64,000 nt of DNA from Octopus bimaculoides (taxonomy: Eukaryota): NCBI RefSeq assembly GCF_001194135.2, contig NC_068981.1:150242327-150306326 (forward strand), written 5' to 3'. Positions 39,079 through 54,697 of this stretch are shown here, one piece after another. The stretch's first letter is position 1. Each line of letters begins with the position of its first letter. Both the position numbers and the translations under genes were made by a program. The notes beneath the pieces were generated by a model. That model saw only the letters and a program-made list of their open reading frames with translations. It was not told where the DNA came from and made no database searches.

Positions 39079-39544
39079 AGTGTGCGAGCGTGCATATTAT
39101 CAATGATGGCTGGTTAATTCTCCAGTTCTGCTTTATGTTGTAGCGAAAAAGGATCAGAGAGGGAGTAAAAGAGAGACACGAGAGCGTTAACATAAGAAGC
39201 TTCGTGGCAAGCGATTCTAAACTTTGTCGTTTGTAAACATTCTCAGATATCTACTCTATCATTTACTCATTCTTTTCTTCATTTTCTTCCTCCTCTCTCT
39301 CCCTATCTTTCTTTCTCTCACATTGACTTTTTGCACTCTCTCCCCACTTTTCTCTTTCTGTCTGTCTCTCTCCCTTTCTCTCGAACAGTCTTTTACTCCT
39401 TGCTTGCCACAAAGCCTAGTACGGGCACTCATCCTTCGCCGTTTAAGATACGTATCACTGAATCAGTCATTTACTCTCGTCTCCTACCGTACTCTGTATG
39501 CGATGTAAATCGTGTCTGGAGAAATTAACCAAACATTTATATCT

Positions 39545-39690
39545 GCTACCATATATATATATATGTGTGTATGTGTGTATGTGTGTATGCGTGTATGTGT
39601 GTGTGTGTGTGTGTGTGTGCAATGCATGTATGTATGCGTGTCTGTACGTACGTATGTATGTATGTATGTATGTATGTATGTGTGTGTATG

Positions 39691-39724
<34 letters not shown>

Positions 39725-39885
39725 TGCATGCATGCATATATGTATGTATGCATGTATGTATGCATGCATGTATGCATGTATGCATGTATGTATGTATGTG
39801 TGTGTGTATGTTGTATGTATGTATGTATGTATGTATATATGTATGTATGCATGCATGTATGTATGTATGTATGCATGCATGTATG
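39545..39885. repeat. Compound (GTAT)/(GCAT)/(GT) microsatellite
   Basis: Direct reading; source of the MYVC/HTYI ORFs. Confidence 0.95.
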
Positions 39886-41191
39886 TCAACATTGCTAATT
39901 CACTTGGCACACCTCAACGTTGTAACGAGCCATTGCTAGATGTAAAACTGAGGAGTGTTTCTTTACTTTGCAGTTTAAGGTAACAACTTTCTCGTGAATG
40001 TTCCTTTCTTGTGCTACTTGCACATAAATAACAACATAACAATTACTCCAAGTGATTAAAGGACTTAGATTTTTTTTATAAAATACAATGGTATTACTTA
40101 GAAATTAATTTTTCGAAGACTGGGCAAATTTATTGCGTAATTGAAATTTACTAACGAGTTAAATACAATTAATAAATTACGAAGTAGTAATGAGAGTGAT
40201 GTTTTGCAAATAATTGCAATTTCCTAATTGTATCTTTAGCAGACAAGTCTCTTTAGCATACGAAAGCAAACTCTTCTAATAGAGATTTAAATTCAAAAAT
40301 TTTATAAATTAATATTATAATAAATTAGGAGGAAAATTTAAATGTATTTTGAGCCTAATAATACCCCCAAAATATAAATAAACGTTGTTTATATTACTGA
40401 CAACGTCAAATAGGAAATATGAGCATCATTACTTCATATTTTGCCTTATTTGTATTACTTTTATTAATGCAATCTTAATTCAAGTGAAGTGTTTCTGATA
40501 TAAAATTCGCAATAAAGCTATTATAAACGGAAAATGTCTCATCTTATTTTTGTATTATTTTTGAATGTGTTTTTTTATTATTTTCGATATTATTAATTCA
40601 CTTATATAGAAACAAACATTTTCTCTGAATTCTATACATTACTCACGCTAAACATATGTGTCACACACAAAAGAGACTAAGTTCGTTAAATTAATTGTCG
40701 AATTTTATTGCTTATATAAAATGCGTTCTATATAATGACTGATGAGTCTGCATATATTTGCTACTGGTATTAATGATTAAATATAATTAAGAAGCAAACA
40801 GTACGCTTACTGCTAACATTGATGGCTATTCTTTCTTAATTCGTTTTGATTTATTTGAAAATGGCTGATTTTTGTTTTTCAATATAAGAAGCAGATAAAC
40901 GTGAAAGTGAATATATATATATGTAATGATATCAGAATATCGAGTGAGAAAAAGAAAGGGTTGGGAGAGAACTAAATCCACACTAAGAATCTGCCTCTTT
41001 CTTATTCATAGAATTAATTATTTATTTATTCATTTTATACTGCAGTTTCTTGAGAGTATCGTCGCTACTGGTGACACATGTAGACTGATTCATTGCATAT
41101 TTAATGGTGATGTTCACAAACTAGTGACTAACTCGGTCAATATCCACAAAGTGTCGTTTTGCAGAAAGACACATACACACAAAATATACAT

Positions 41192-41276
<85 letters not shown>

Positions 41277-41379
41277 TGCATATATATGTTTATATGTGTG
41301 TGTGTGTGTGTGTGTGCGCGAGTGTGTATGTGTATGTCTGTGTATCTGTGTAAGTGTATGTGTGTGTTTCTATTTTTCT

Positions 41380-41730
41380 TCTCTTTTACTTGTTTCATTC
41401 CTTAGACTGCGGCCACGTTGGAGCACCACCTTGAAGGATTTTAGTCAAATTAATTGACACGAGTACTTACTCTTTTTAAACCTGATACTTATTCTATCAG
41501 ACCCTTTCAACGAACCGCTAAGTTACAGGAACGAAAACACACCAACGCTGGTTATCAAGCGGTGGTGGGAAACAAAGGCACACACATGTGCGCGCACGTA
41601 CAGACACACACGCGCGCACACACACACAGACACGCACGCACACACACAAACACACATACATACACACTCACAAAGCTACAGTAGAAGACACGTGCCCAAT
41701 GTATCATGCAGTGGAATTGAAACGGGGATC
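41380..41730 (-). mobile_element. SINE family B, internally deleted, with a (CA)n expansion
   Basis: ctcttttacttgtttca..tagactgcggcca.gttggagcaccacc...cgaaccgctaagttac...gctacagtagaagacacgtgcccaa...gcagtgga.ttgaa. Confidence 0.8.
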
Positions 41731-42294
41731 CTATAGATACAACAATGTGACGCATCCGCTTATGAAAAGAATGAAAATTATAATTAAGATTTATCATAAA
41801 ACCCAACATTCGCTAAATTATTTGTTTCTATATGATTATGTGAGAGTTCATGTAGATTTGTTTAAATTCGATTATTGTCTGTTCGCCTTCCAAAGAAATA
41901 TTACGGTGAAATGAATATTGCATTCATCTTCTTATTCTGTAATAAGCAATTCTGTAGCAAATTCTTCTAGGTGATGAATGCAATATTTTAATCAATGATT
42001 TATTCAAGTTATGTAAACCAATTGATCGATAATATCATATTAGTAAAACGTTTAGTATTCGTACAACACTAGAATTTCCATTGATAAAATATTACGTCGA
42101 TATTAATGATGATACTATCTCTATTGCTACGTAACACACATACACACACATGTATATATGCATGTATGTATGTATGTATGTATGTATGTATGTATGTATG
42201 TATGTATGGATGTGTGTGTGTGTGTATGTATATATATATATATATGCGCGTACTCACATACTCACACACACACACACACACATATATATGTATA

Positions 42295-42511
42295 CGAGAG
42301 GGTGCTTAAAAGTCCCTGGTTTTAAGGGTATCATGAAAGGCCTGGTTGGAAGCCCGACCTTCCGAGTTGTTTTACAGAGCTTAGAAAAACTGAAGGACTG
42401 CTGCAATAGGTGTGTGAATTGGAGAGGGGAATATGTTGGATAAAATCATAATTAACTGATCCTCCTGTATTTTCTGTTTACCCAAATCTAGAAACATTTC
42501 AGCACCCCTTT
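42295..42511 (+). mobile_element. Mariner-derived MITE (internal deletion derivative)
   Basis: TA|CGAGAGGGTGCTTAAAAGTCCCTGG ... TCTAGAAACATTTCAGCACCCCTTT|TA imperfect TIRs; interior encodes LEKLKDCCNRCVNWRGEYVG*, like the mariner transposase C-terminus (KL..RW.KCV...G.YVE). Confidence 0.8.
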
Positions 42512-45500
42512 TATATATGTGTGTGTGTGTGTGCGTGTGTGTGTGGTGGGGTGCATGCGTGCGTGTATATATGTATGTATGTTCGTATGTATCTATATAT
42601 GTATAATCGAGTCGAGATGCATATTTCTAGTTATGGGATATAACCGGTCGGAAAGTTACCGACGGGTTCGCACTTTGCATTGAACTTTACAATATTCGCG
42701 ACTGTAAAAAATGGATTAAAACGAAAAAGGAGGAAATTGTAACATCTTCCGGAATGGAACGAGAAGATACTTTCCATAATCTGATGTGAACTGTGGCCGA
42801 TGGGGGTTAACAGTGCCTGCATACATGTTTCTCATTATCTAGTTCTGTAATGGAGTCGACCACGTTGCCAAAATGAATTTTCTATCATGAGGGCATTGAA
42901 TTAAAGTTTATTGCAAAGTTTATTGCAAAGTTTATTCACTTGTTATTTACACACCATACTGAGGTAACCCACAGCCTAACAAATGTTGCCCAACTTCACT
43001 GCTGGAATGTGCACCTCGTCTTGAAAATTATTGGTCTATAGTGAGTATTTCCAATGAGTTCTTAGAAGCTCTCTCGACGACGGATATAGTTTTATCTGCA
43101 CCATATACTAGCTATGTTTCGACAACTTTGTTAATAAAATACGCATTAAAATCTGGAGGTAAGTTTTATATATTAGGAATGAAAGCATTTTCTGAACGCA
43201 TCTATAGTTATGTGATTAAGAATTTCGATTTGCACCAGCATGGTTTTCTTTCTTGGGCAAATATTTAATATAGCAACCTTAAGAAGTCTTATGTCTTGCG
43301 AATAAAATTAGATAGATGGAAATATTTAACGTCACCACTTTAGTGGATCCACTTTTAAAAAACATTCAGACTTGATGTTTTGTAGCAATTCTTCCAACAA
43401 CATCAAGCAATTAATGATATTCCACCACACATATACACACATGTTTTCGAGATCCTGGACAAAGATTATAGATCTACCTCTTCGCGAATGATATCACAGA
43501 AATAAGAATAAACTATTACGTAATTCATTACTTTCTCTACAGCATTTGACGTGTGAGAGACAAAATATTTCCCATGTCGAATTTCGAACTATTTCAAAAA
43601 CCTGGCTTGCTGTAATATCCCTCTAGTCTATATCAGGTATGTCTACTTTTGAAGTTATTATACTAAGATTCGGATAGAATAATGCAGCGATATTCTTTAT
43701 TTGATAAGTTCATTGACGAATATTAATGAGTAGATAATGAAATTTTCCTCTTTCTTTTCTCTGCGCCCAATTACATGACATACATAATTGCGCCTGAGAT
43801 AATCATATTTGAAATCCAGAGAGCGATAATGAAAACTTCGTTATATTTAGAGAAGCAGATGAAATTTAATTATTATGATCCACATTATTTGTAATAAATT
43901 AACGCTTAGGTATATTAACTTTAAGTTTATGCTAGGCTATAACAGTATCACAAACAAAGATAATGCTTCCGGCGAAAAATATATAATTATAACTGGTTAA
44001 CATGCATAGAAGAATATTTTAGGAATATTTATTATCGTTAATTCAATATATGCTGGATTCTAGTTTGTTTCTCTTTGATGAAATAGATGTTGTTATCGTT
44101 GCTGAAACCCATGTTAACATTGAATCAAGTACGCGTATAATCAAAGGCATTCAAGCCATTACTATCCATTTGTTTAGAAGTATCGAGGTCTATTCATGTA
44201 GAAATATGTGGTTGATATATCTAGAAGACTGAGTGACTACTTAAAGATTCCTGTGGGTGCGATATATTGACGTCAGGCCAACCGCTCACATCTTTTAACC
44301 GAAACTTAGCATTTTCTCAGTCGAAGGAAAACCATAAATTTCCACTTAATGACAAACATTAAAAAGGGTACCCGTTGCGATTTTAATTCCCGGTTGAATG
44401 TATTTCATTTCACCTACAGCCTTACTGCTTTCGAAAAAGCATGAACAACACATTTCTGTTTGTTTTCATATAAAATATAGAAGGCTTATGTAAGTTTATT
44501 AAAACAAAAAAAATCAAACAACTATACATGTTTATCGGATATATATGTAAGGTGCCTGGTCCTAGGCGCACAACCGTACACTTCTAGGGGTAATAACACT
44601 TGTAGAGGGATTAGGTCATGATCAAATTTAGTACCAAATGCATTAAAGCAATGACCATCATATTTCCTTTCAGAAAACTCAGGACATCATTTGATTTGAT
44701 AAAGATTTACTGCGATTTCTCGTCGGGTGCATGTGGATATTCTTTCATTTACTAATTGATACTTTGTGTGTGATGACTTCCTCCATTACTTCATTTGTTT
44801 ACTTCTTATTTTTGTGTTGTGGCTTTTGCTCAACAAACGCATATACAAATCATACACTTATTTATTTTTCTATGAATGTTCAGAAAAGCAAAAAGGAAAA
44901 GAGACAAAAGTATATTTTTGTTTCTAGGATTTCATTCCAGTGATTCTAAATCAGGGATTTGAGTTGTTTGTTATTTTATTGTCTTTTAGAAATCTTGCTT
45001 TTTTATTTTTTTCGTATTTGATAATTATCACTTTGAATATTTCTACGTCGTCATTTCACTTACCATTCGTGGTCAGGAACGCATATTCTGCTTCTTTTTT
45101 TGCAGCTGTTGCTTATAACCAAGTCTGCGTTGATTTATCAATCTTATGTCTAAAGGCTTTCAAACCATTATGGTCATGTATATTTGTATATGTAGAACAA
45201 CATTGAGAAATTCATCCTTCAGATGTGACTTGAAGGACATTTGGTTGCTAGTTCTAACAGGACGAAATATCACGTAGATATTTCCTTGTTGCTTTTGTAT
45301 GGTTTTCATATCATTACCTATTAATAATGAAAGCAATTCAATCATAAATATATTTGCTAAACTTCAATGCCTTCGGAAATATCTTAAGAGAAAAAAGATG
45401 TCATTCAGAAGTTTTGTAGTATTTATTTTATCCCTTTACGTTCCGATTTTAAATCCTACGAAGATTAACTTTGCAATTCATAATTAACAGATCAATTAAA

Positions 45501-46770
45501 TAAAGTACCTGCCACCTACTGTATCGATTTACTCGATTATATCTCTCATCGAAAATTTTGTAACATATTTATTTGCTTTGAAACAAAAACAAACAACGTC
45601 ATGGGAATAAATGAGCTCCGCCAAAATATCTTCCTGAAAACGCTCATGATAAGGCCAGTACTCAGTATAGTAGAGCGAGAGAAATAGAAATAAATAATTG
45701 GGACTTCACAATTCCCTAATTTTTTTACAGAGCTTCCCAAAGATAAATAGTAACATCAATCCCTATTGAACGTTAATTAATAGAAACAAAATAAAGAAAC
45801 TACATAACGTAAAGCATGAAAACCGGTCCTATGTTGATTGTAACGTCTTCAATCTCCTCAGGCTATACACAGAAGAGGGGAGAATATATAATAATATAAT
45901 GATTCACTAACAAGAATTGTCCTAAAATATTTCTGCATTGATTTACTTTTCGTTTATGGTGAGAATAGTAATAGTAGTAGTGGAGGTGGCGGCCGCGATA
46001 GCTGTGGTGGTGGTTGTAGGGAAATTCAATCACAGATATTGCTAGCGGGGCTGGAAAATAATTCATTTTAATTAAAAATATATAAAATAACAAGAAATGT
46101 GATTGAAATAATGATGGTATTCCTTTAATGATATTATTAATAGTAAATGTCTTAATTGATAGCTTTAGTGCAAGTTTCGTGAGAAAATCCATTCTGTTTT
46201 CGTAGTAAGGATTCTTTACAGAATTAACGCTAGAAGGGATCAGATGTCTGCAATACATGGACAGAATATCTCGTTAGGTGTGCTGACGATATATATATAT
46301 GTGTGTGTGTGTGTGTGCGTGTGTGTGTGTGTATGCGTGTGTGTGTGTGTGTGTGTGTGTGTGAATATTTCTGTGTGTGTGCGTACGTGTGAGTATGTGT
46401 ACGTGTGCGTCTGTGTGTGTGTGCTCACACAATTATAACTCAAAGGTATGATACCATGTTATGATAAAAAAATTAAATACAATGGTTTGTTACATACTTG
46501 CGATTGCTGCATTCTTACAAGTTCTTCAGATGTACGTATGTATGTGTGTGTGCGTGCGTGTTTGTGCACGTGTGAGTGTATGTAAGTATATATGTGTATG
46601 TATATAATATATATATGTACACACACACACATATATATATATCTGTATCGAAATGTATGTATGCATGTAGTATATATATATATATATATACAAGTCACTC
46701 GAACATGTAGACTATTTTATGTTCACTTTCTTTTCAAAAAAACTTATGTATCTATCTACATATATAGATG

Positions 46771-46845
<75 letters not shown>

Positions 46846-46951
46846 GCGGAGGGACGGATAGACAGACAGGAAGGGAGGCAGACAGACAGACGGACGGACA
46901 GACAGACAGACAGACAGAAGACAGATAGATAGACAGACAGACAGACAGACA
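46771..46951. repeat. (GATA)n followed by (GACA)n microsatellite
   Basis: Direct reading. Confidence 0.95.
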
Positions 46952-48074
46952 GTGAGAAGGATAAAGGAAAGGAAGAATGAGAAAGAGACAGAAATGAGAG
47001 AAAGAGATTTAAGTGTGTATTTGCATATAATATTTTATTTTGCTATGAAAAACGGTATGTGAATATTGCAATGAAATTCTCTTCTTTATTACGACTATTG
47101 CTGAAAAGCCAACAAATTGTCATCCACTTCCTTTGCTGAAAATTCAGGCTAATGTAAAGAAAGTCGTGTCGTATTTCCCTATTGTAGATAGTTTTACAAT
47201 GTAGCTACTATATATTCATATATGGTTAGATAGAGTGATATATAGTTGGCGTCGATTGGTATTTTCCATTTATTGTGTATTTAAGTCTGAGGTCTAACAC
47301 CTTTTATAAAATCAATAACTACTCTTATAACCTTAATAACAATTAGATAAAAATATTCATCTGAGGAACTAGCCGCCATAATGCAAGACGGCTAGTAAGT
47401 TGAAATGTCGACATATCTCACTTGAAGCATTCTTCATATTTCAACAGAAAAATATTTGCTTTAACCAAATGAAGCCTAACAGCAATTAAATGAAGGATTT
47501 CAGAGGAATTATTCGACATCATGTCATAAATTATTTAGGCAGTGAATATAAACTATTATTTTATTGACGCCACTGAAATATCTGTAATGATATAAACAGC
47601 AAGAAAAAACGAGTCCTATCACCAGCAGCTGTTTCATTAAGGAACCAAATTTCTAATCTTAATGACTCAATTTGATTTTCAGTTCTACGCCATTTGCTGG
47701 TCCAGTAGTTACAATATAACAGTAGAAATTGGATCACTGTATAAGTGATAATTATTTTGTTTAAACAGATGCAAATTGATTTTTGTATTATTCAAGAATA
47801 TGAACAATCTGCTCGTATGCAAGGATATAGATAATTTGTATTTAAGCATCAAAAAAAGAATCTACATAATAACAAACTAATGAGGCGTACTATTCACAAG
47901 TTACAAACCATCTGACGAAGCCATCACTACAACATAAATAATGGTACTTCAGTATCTTAAAGCTAAATGCTATAATCTGCATACCCGATATGGATTGAAA
48001 TTTCTTGCCTTAAGTCATTGGGACTTGGATAATTTTCTAGAAACTTCAATGAGAAATTTGAAGAAATGAGCATT

Positions 48075-48113
<39 letters not shown>

Positions 48114-48125
48114 CTGGCACACACG

Positions 48126-48157
<32 letters not shown>

Positions 48158-48390
48158 TAATTTAATACGCACTATATTCAATGGGTACTACTATAATTTC
48201 CTGATCGCATAGTACAGTGATCAGACGGGATTGTATAGGGAGCCGTGTACTACTATCCTGAAATCACTCAGACGGTGTACATTTTAACAATAACGGAACA
48301 GTACAATATATATATATATATATATATATTTTGTCACTGATACTTAGCACAAATAACACGATACAATCTAACCTACACTCTAACAAGGAC

Positions 48391-48429
<39 letters not shown>

Positions 48430-49411
48430 ATATATTTCAGGAAATTGTCCTTAAGCCAAACAACAATAAGATATTGGTCAAATCAAGACTATGGTTGAAA
48501 ACCAATTGCTCATGGTGCTGCGTAACAGGATCGATCCGATTCTATACGGAATTTCGTTTACCTATACAGCCATGCCGGCGTTCATGTATATCACATTCAT
48601 CTGCTTTTAGTCTACCAGAAAGTTTGTCCCAGCTTTAATAATATTAACAATAAACTGGATGTTTCTCCTCTGATAATATATTTCGGTAGATTTTCTCCAA
48701 TACGTTCTTAATATAATGTAAAGAAACCAACCAATAAATTTCGCATTCCTTTTGATTATCTTCTTTCAGCTTATTACATAGATACGTATTCTTTTCATAT
48801 ATGCTGCATCTGAACTGCACAAACATTAGCTGGAACAGGTTGATAGAAACAAGGTCTGAATGCCGAAATATGCTATTTACGTGCCAATGTAAAAGTTGAT
48901 GTCTTTCTTCAGTGACGTATATATCCAGTTATCTATTAGAATGTATGTGAAGCCATATTTAGACTGTAGTATGTGAATTACATTTTTTTCTTGCTAACGT
49001 CAGATAAAGCAAGTGGTAGTTGTTGTGCATATAACTGCATATGTATATATCAGTAACATTGATTTCTCATTAGTAAAATGCAAACATGACTTGCTTTCAA
49101 GAAAAGTATTAAATGAAGGAATTAATTTCAATCTTTCTAATTAATAACATGCTTATTATCTTATTACCTTAGATTACTTTCAATAGATCTTCACATATTA
49201 GAAATCGAAGAAAAACTTAACTAGTAATATTGTTTCTAGCATACTTGATGTAATATGAAAGAAGTTGTAAAATGACATTCGTTGTGACGATACAAAAATC
49301 ATTATCTCATTCATTAATTTTTATAAAAAAAAGACCAAAGACAACCCCAAAATTTAAACTGAGACAACTCTAAACATATTTCGATCGTATTTTATTTCAT
49401 TAGCGAAGTAT

Positions 49412-49797
49412 AGGTGCAGGTGTGGCCTTGTGGTAAGAAGTTTACTTGCCAACCACATTGTTCCAGGTTCAGTCCCACAGCGTAGAGCTTTGGGAAAGTG
49501 TCTTCTACTATGGCTTCGCCCCGACCAAATCCTTGTCAGCAGATCTGGTACACAAAACTGAAAGAAACCCGTCGAATGGGTGTGTGTGTGTGTTTCTGTG
49601 TGTCTTTGCTTGTGTCCCATCACCGTTTGATAACCGGTGTTGATATGTTTACATCTGCATAACCTAGCGGTTTGGTAGAATAAATGTCAGGCATAAAAAA
49701 TATAAGTACTGAGGTCGATTCGTTCGACTAAAATTCACAGTGGCGCCTCAGCGTGACCACAATCTCATGGTTGCAACAAGTAGAACATAAAAGAAGA
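49412..49797 (+). mobile_element. SINE family B, full length, diverged
   Basis: aggtgcaggtgtggccttgtggtaagaagttt...ggttcagtccca...ttgggaaagtgtcttctactat...; collinear with 60463-60868. Confidence 0.85.
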
Positions 49798-50177
49798 CAA
49801 CCGCTTTAGTCAAATCTTAAAATGATTAGAGAAAATAAAGGAGTTTAGTAAATGAACTTTGAGTGGCGAGATGACATAAGATGAACAAATCATTACGGCT
49901 AATGAGACCACTCCAAATAAAAACAAAAATTCTAATACGAATGGCAAATAGCTAAAGCCAAAAACATAAGAGCAACATAAGCCTACCACTTTTTGATTAT
50001 ACAAGTATGAAATAATTCGAAATACTAACAAACCAATCGAGAAACGAACACTGACATACATTGCATTTTCGTATTATTGATTATAACTTCCTCAATTTTA
50101 CGTTCAATAAAAATTATAATGATAACAAGGGCAAAGAGTAATTGCAGCAATGATAACCACAGATATCTTCACTCCAC

Positions 50178-50427
50178 CAGCGGTTCTCAAAGGCGATTCC
50201 ATGGTCCATGGGGGTTCATATAAGTCTTTTTTTTTATTTGTTAAAATCTATGTGCAATAAACTGGTTATATTTCTACAATACACAAAATATACATACAAT
50301 TCCTAATAACATTTAATTATTAAAAAATACAATAGGTATCTTTTAAACATCGAATGACTATTGAGGTCCAGTAGAGTAAAATTGGTATCAAAGAGGTCTA
50401 TCAGTAAAAAATGTTTGAGAACCACTT
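50178..50427. mobile_element. hAT-type (Charlie-like) MITE, 250 bp
   Basis: TIRs CAGCGGTTCTCAAA and TTTGAGAACCACT(T); flanking 8-mers cactccac/ccttacac match only 5/8. Confidence 0.7.
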
Positions 50428-51170
50428 CCTTACACTGTCGCTTACTCTTGTTTACTCTGTTAAAAATAGCAGCCAAATCGTCCTTAAATCACATCTTACT
50501 ACCTTAGATCACAACCTACAAAGAACTTTTTCCTCCGAATATATTAGCTAAAATGATTTTGGATAATAAATATATGAGTGAGAAGAAAAAGAGTAGGATC
50601 GTCTCGACTAGAATACATTTTGAATACTAAGTGACTTGATAAGAGGTAACCTAGTTTTAACAAGGATAACAACAACAACAACATCAACAAAAGTAATAAT
50701 AACACCAGCTGCAACATTAATATCGACAAATATATAAGCACTAAAGTACGCCTCGATTGATTATTAGTCTTTCGAATTATTTTAAACTGCCATAATCAAT
50801 ACTTTAAAAAATAAGGTTAATTCGATGACATTTGTGAAGTTATCGATAAAAGGAAAAAATCTTATCGCTAACAACATATGACACTAATTACAAACTTGAA
50901 GTTATCGTCAGTATTACGTACTCTTAGTTTTGTATTACTCATATATGCACGGTGTATGTAAGTTTGCATACTGAGGGGAAGAGAAAGAGTATGTCATAGA
51001 GGGAGAGAGAGAAAGAAAAAAAGAAAAGAAGAGAGCAGCATATCTATTTACGCTATTTCAACTTCGAGGTGATGTTCTTCAAAATGAATGTACCATATAA
51101 AATGATTTAGAAAAAAAATAATGGAATAGAGCAAAATATTCACGTTCAGAGTTAAAGATTTCATCGACTG

Positions 51171-51205
<35 letters not shown>

Positions 51206-51514
51206 TATATATTTATATATGATATGCATATATTTATATGTATATATGAATACATGTATAAATATTATATATATATACATATACATATACACACACACAC
51301 ATACATACATACATATATATATATAGATATATATAGATATATATATATACATATACACATACAAACAGGCAAATTCACATGAGTAGTTCATTAATAAAAC
51401 AGTGAGAGAGGTATAGTTTTGCAGTTCGTTAAAATAGTTGACATTTATCGGAACGGTTACACGCCTCTTAATAGATATCATCGAAATTATATCCGTGTAT
51501 ACATATATGCACAC

Positions 51515-51562
<48 letters not shown>

Positions 51563-51890
51563 NNNNNNNNNNNNNNNNNNNNNNNNNNNNNNNNNNNNNN
51601 NNNNNNNNNNNNNNNNNNNNNNNNNNNNNNNNNNNNNNNNNNNNNNNNNNNNNNNNNNNNNNNNNNNNNNNNNACAAAATGGCACATGGTTAGTAAAGAG
51701 AGGCACAAAAAAGAAAGAACAAAACAAAGGACCACTGATGATGTCACAGAAATGTGACTTAGGAACACTGGCCTAAATACAATTTATATAAAATAAAGTT
51801 GAATCAAGTGAACACCAAATATATAGTGCATGTGTTTTCATTGGCTAAACTGGCAACATGACCATCCTCACATGCAACAATATATATACA

Positions 51891-51932
<42 letters not shown>

Positions 51933-51974
51933 TGTGTGTGTGCGTGTGTGTGTGTGTGTAATGCGTCCAAGCTA

Positions 51975-53170
51975 TGCTAAACTTTTTGTTGTATACTTCG
52001 AGACGTCGAGGCTCAAAGTTTTGTCCTGGAATTGTATGGTAGGTGCATTGATAATTGCTTCGGAACCAGATTTTTCACCTATACTCGTCAGCTTCATCGC
52101 ACCCTTTCACATAGCTGCTATGTTGACTTTTACCACCTTTGATTACACAATCCTCTCCACGTCTGTGTTCCATAAACTGCCACTCTTACATTGACTTCGC
52201 CTCTTCCTATTCCAAAGCACTTCAAATCTTCCATCCTCTTTGCGCTTATCCGACACTTCTTCACCTCTGTAGTCATAATCACGATTTTGAAATCCAGTTC
52301 GACCCCAAGACCTTGCAATATGTGTGTCGTGGTCATCTCCAAACCATTTTCAATATTGCTCGCTGCTACATCTGTATCAGTAATCATATTTTCGTACTCA
52401 TTACCTAAATTCGCCCCACCCTCAATTCTTTGATTTTCTCCTCAATTTACATCTTAATACTTTTATCTCTTCTTGCGCACTTTTCCCCTACTCCATATGA
52501 CATGGAAAATCCTTCCCCCGGTTTAAAAAAGACCCCAAATTAGCATGAACTTTTAATTTATATATTTTCTAATACTCCTTACCAGCAACGAATCTCACAA
52601 CCATGAAACAGTTCCCTACTACTGAACCCGGTGTAACACTAGCCCTTACACACAGAACACCATTAAGCTTGAATCTAACCAAAGTCGCTTCCATATCCCT
52701 TACCAGTCCAGTTAATGTGCACCCCAAAAAACGATCTGTATCCCCTTAAATATCGGTTCTGTTGTCTCCTATATATTGCAATAAGTGGCTTTAGTTTAGG
52801 GGATCATATCGCTGAACATTTAAGTAACATCCGCCTAGCAGTACCACATAACCAGTTGCCTGACATTTCACTTCAACTACATACACAGTTACCCTCTCTC
52901 AAGGTAGTATGATATCACGTCATGGATCCCCTAATTCCTGCTTCAAATTTTTCATTGGCTGCTCCACCCCTTTAGGTAGGAATAATATGGTCAGTATAAC
53001 ATAACTCTTCTCCTACTACACTGTATTCTATTCTCCTATATCCATCCCACCATAGTAACCCACAGTTTTACACAACATTTCACAGATTACATATACAACT
53101 CCATAAATTTATGCATCCGCATTTGCTGAACATACCACGCACTACACACTACCCTCGGCATGAACGTAAC
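51975..53170 (-). mobile_element. Possible highly degenerate LINE ORF1-like remnant
   Basis: G-rich - strand with short protein-like stretches broken by stops (CSRRRVMLY, LLQYIGDNRTDI, LVRDMEATLVRFKLNGVLCVRASV, SKVVKVNI); no decisive motif. Confidence 0.3.
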
Positions 53171-53532
53171 AACCACTTATATACACACATATACAAACAC
53201 ACTAATATGTACGCTATCTTGTTCAAAAACCTATAAACAAACCACCATTCTACTACCCTTCCACATAATCCTCCAGACCTAACACCCAAACGTATATCCT
53301 ACACATCCAAGCATACAAAAAAACATCCATACACACACCTATACATAACCATACAAATACGCACACATGTATGTAAATATACATATATGTATATACTTGT
53401 ATTTGTCTATATATATGTGTGTATATATGCACATAAATATGTGCATCCACACACAAAGCAGTACATACATACATACATGCATGTATATATATATATATAT
53501 ATATTACACATACACACACACACACACACACG

Positions 53533-53578
<46 letters not shown>

Positions 53579-54557
53579 TCGATAGAGGTATCGAATATTT
53601 CAGCCAAACATATATGTTTTGAAACATCACAATCTTGTCTGAGATCTCCACGAGTTATAAAAAAAAAACGAGACAAAAAGTTCTATTTTCGAAACGTCCA
53701 TTTTTCTCTGTCTGTTGTACGACTGTCAAACGTTGACTATATGTTATAAATATGATAAGCAGTTGAAGTAGTTTTCAAAAATAATTGCTTATATCATGGC
53801 TAGACTACGAAACTGATTCAGAAATCTTGGGGTTACCACCTTTCCTAACTATTAAAGCTATCTTTCGACATAACAGAATGGGGTGTGCACACCTTACTGA
53901 CCATATATGGAATATAAAAACATGTGAAGCGTCTTTATTGTGGAGAGCAATTACGAGGGAAATATCCATTTGAAAAAATACATTTAAATTACAATGCTCT
54001 CTTTAATACTGTGGTTAAGAAGTGAATCGTTATATGAGAGGTCTAGAAAAATTATCAACTGTTAGGGCATTAATGAGGAAAGGTACTAAATGCGCCTATG
54101 AGCATTAAAGAGAAACCTATTAAACATGCAACCTTGAAATAAGATACAAGGAAAGAAAACATCATAGGTATCTATAAACCATTTTATATTTTCAAGTCGT
54201 AACGGTTTGTTTTTCTAATACTGGTTTCGTTAAAGACTCTGAAGTGCACGAACCAAAACATAAGTTTTTGCCAGCTGATTTAACATGTGTCTTTAAATCA
54301 TGTAATCAATGTTTTCTTTCTCTTGACGTTGTGAAGAAACATCTAATGATGTTGCATTGCATTTAACGGAGAAGAGACACTTGTGTAACAGATTTTCTTA
54401 AAAGTTGTAAGTCAACAACTAAAGTGAAAAAGAAATCATCTTCATTTTGCTGCTCATTAGTAAGTTATGGTCATATTCACTGCTGAGTTGACTTCCATCA
54501 TCTGGTGTTGTATATATGAATATACCAAAAAATGTGAGTGTCTTTATGTAACTATGC

Positions 54558-54590
<33 letters not shown>

Positions 54591-54697
54591 TAAATTCAAA
54601 AGGGGATAAAACTCTTTTACAAGAATTTTATCAAGAAGCCAGTGTGTAAAGAAATTCACAAGGGAAATTTCTATTCCCAAGAATATAATTATTCGTT

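Noticed and set aside
47368-47396. 8-bp inverted repeat ACTAGCCG...CGGCTAGT
   Set aside because: Resembles Helitron ends but is too short and has no associated body
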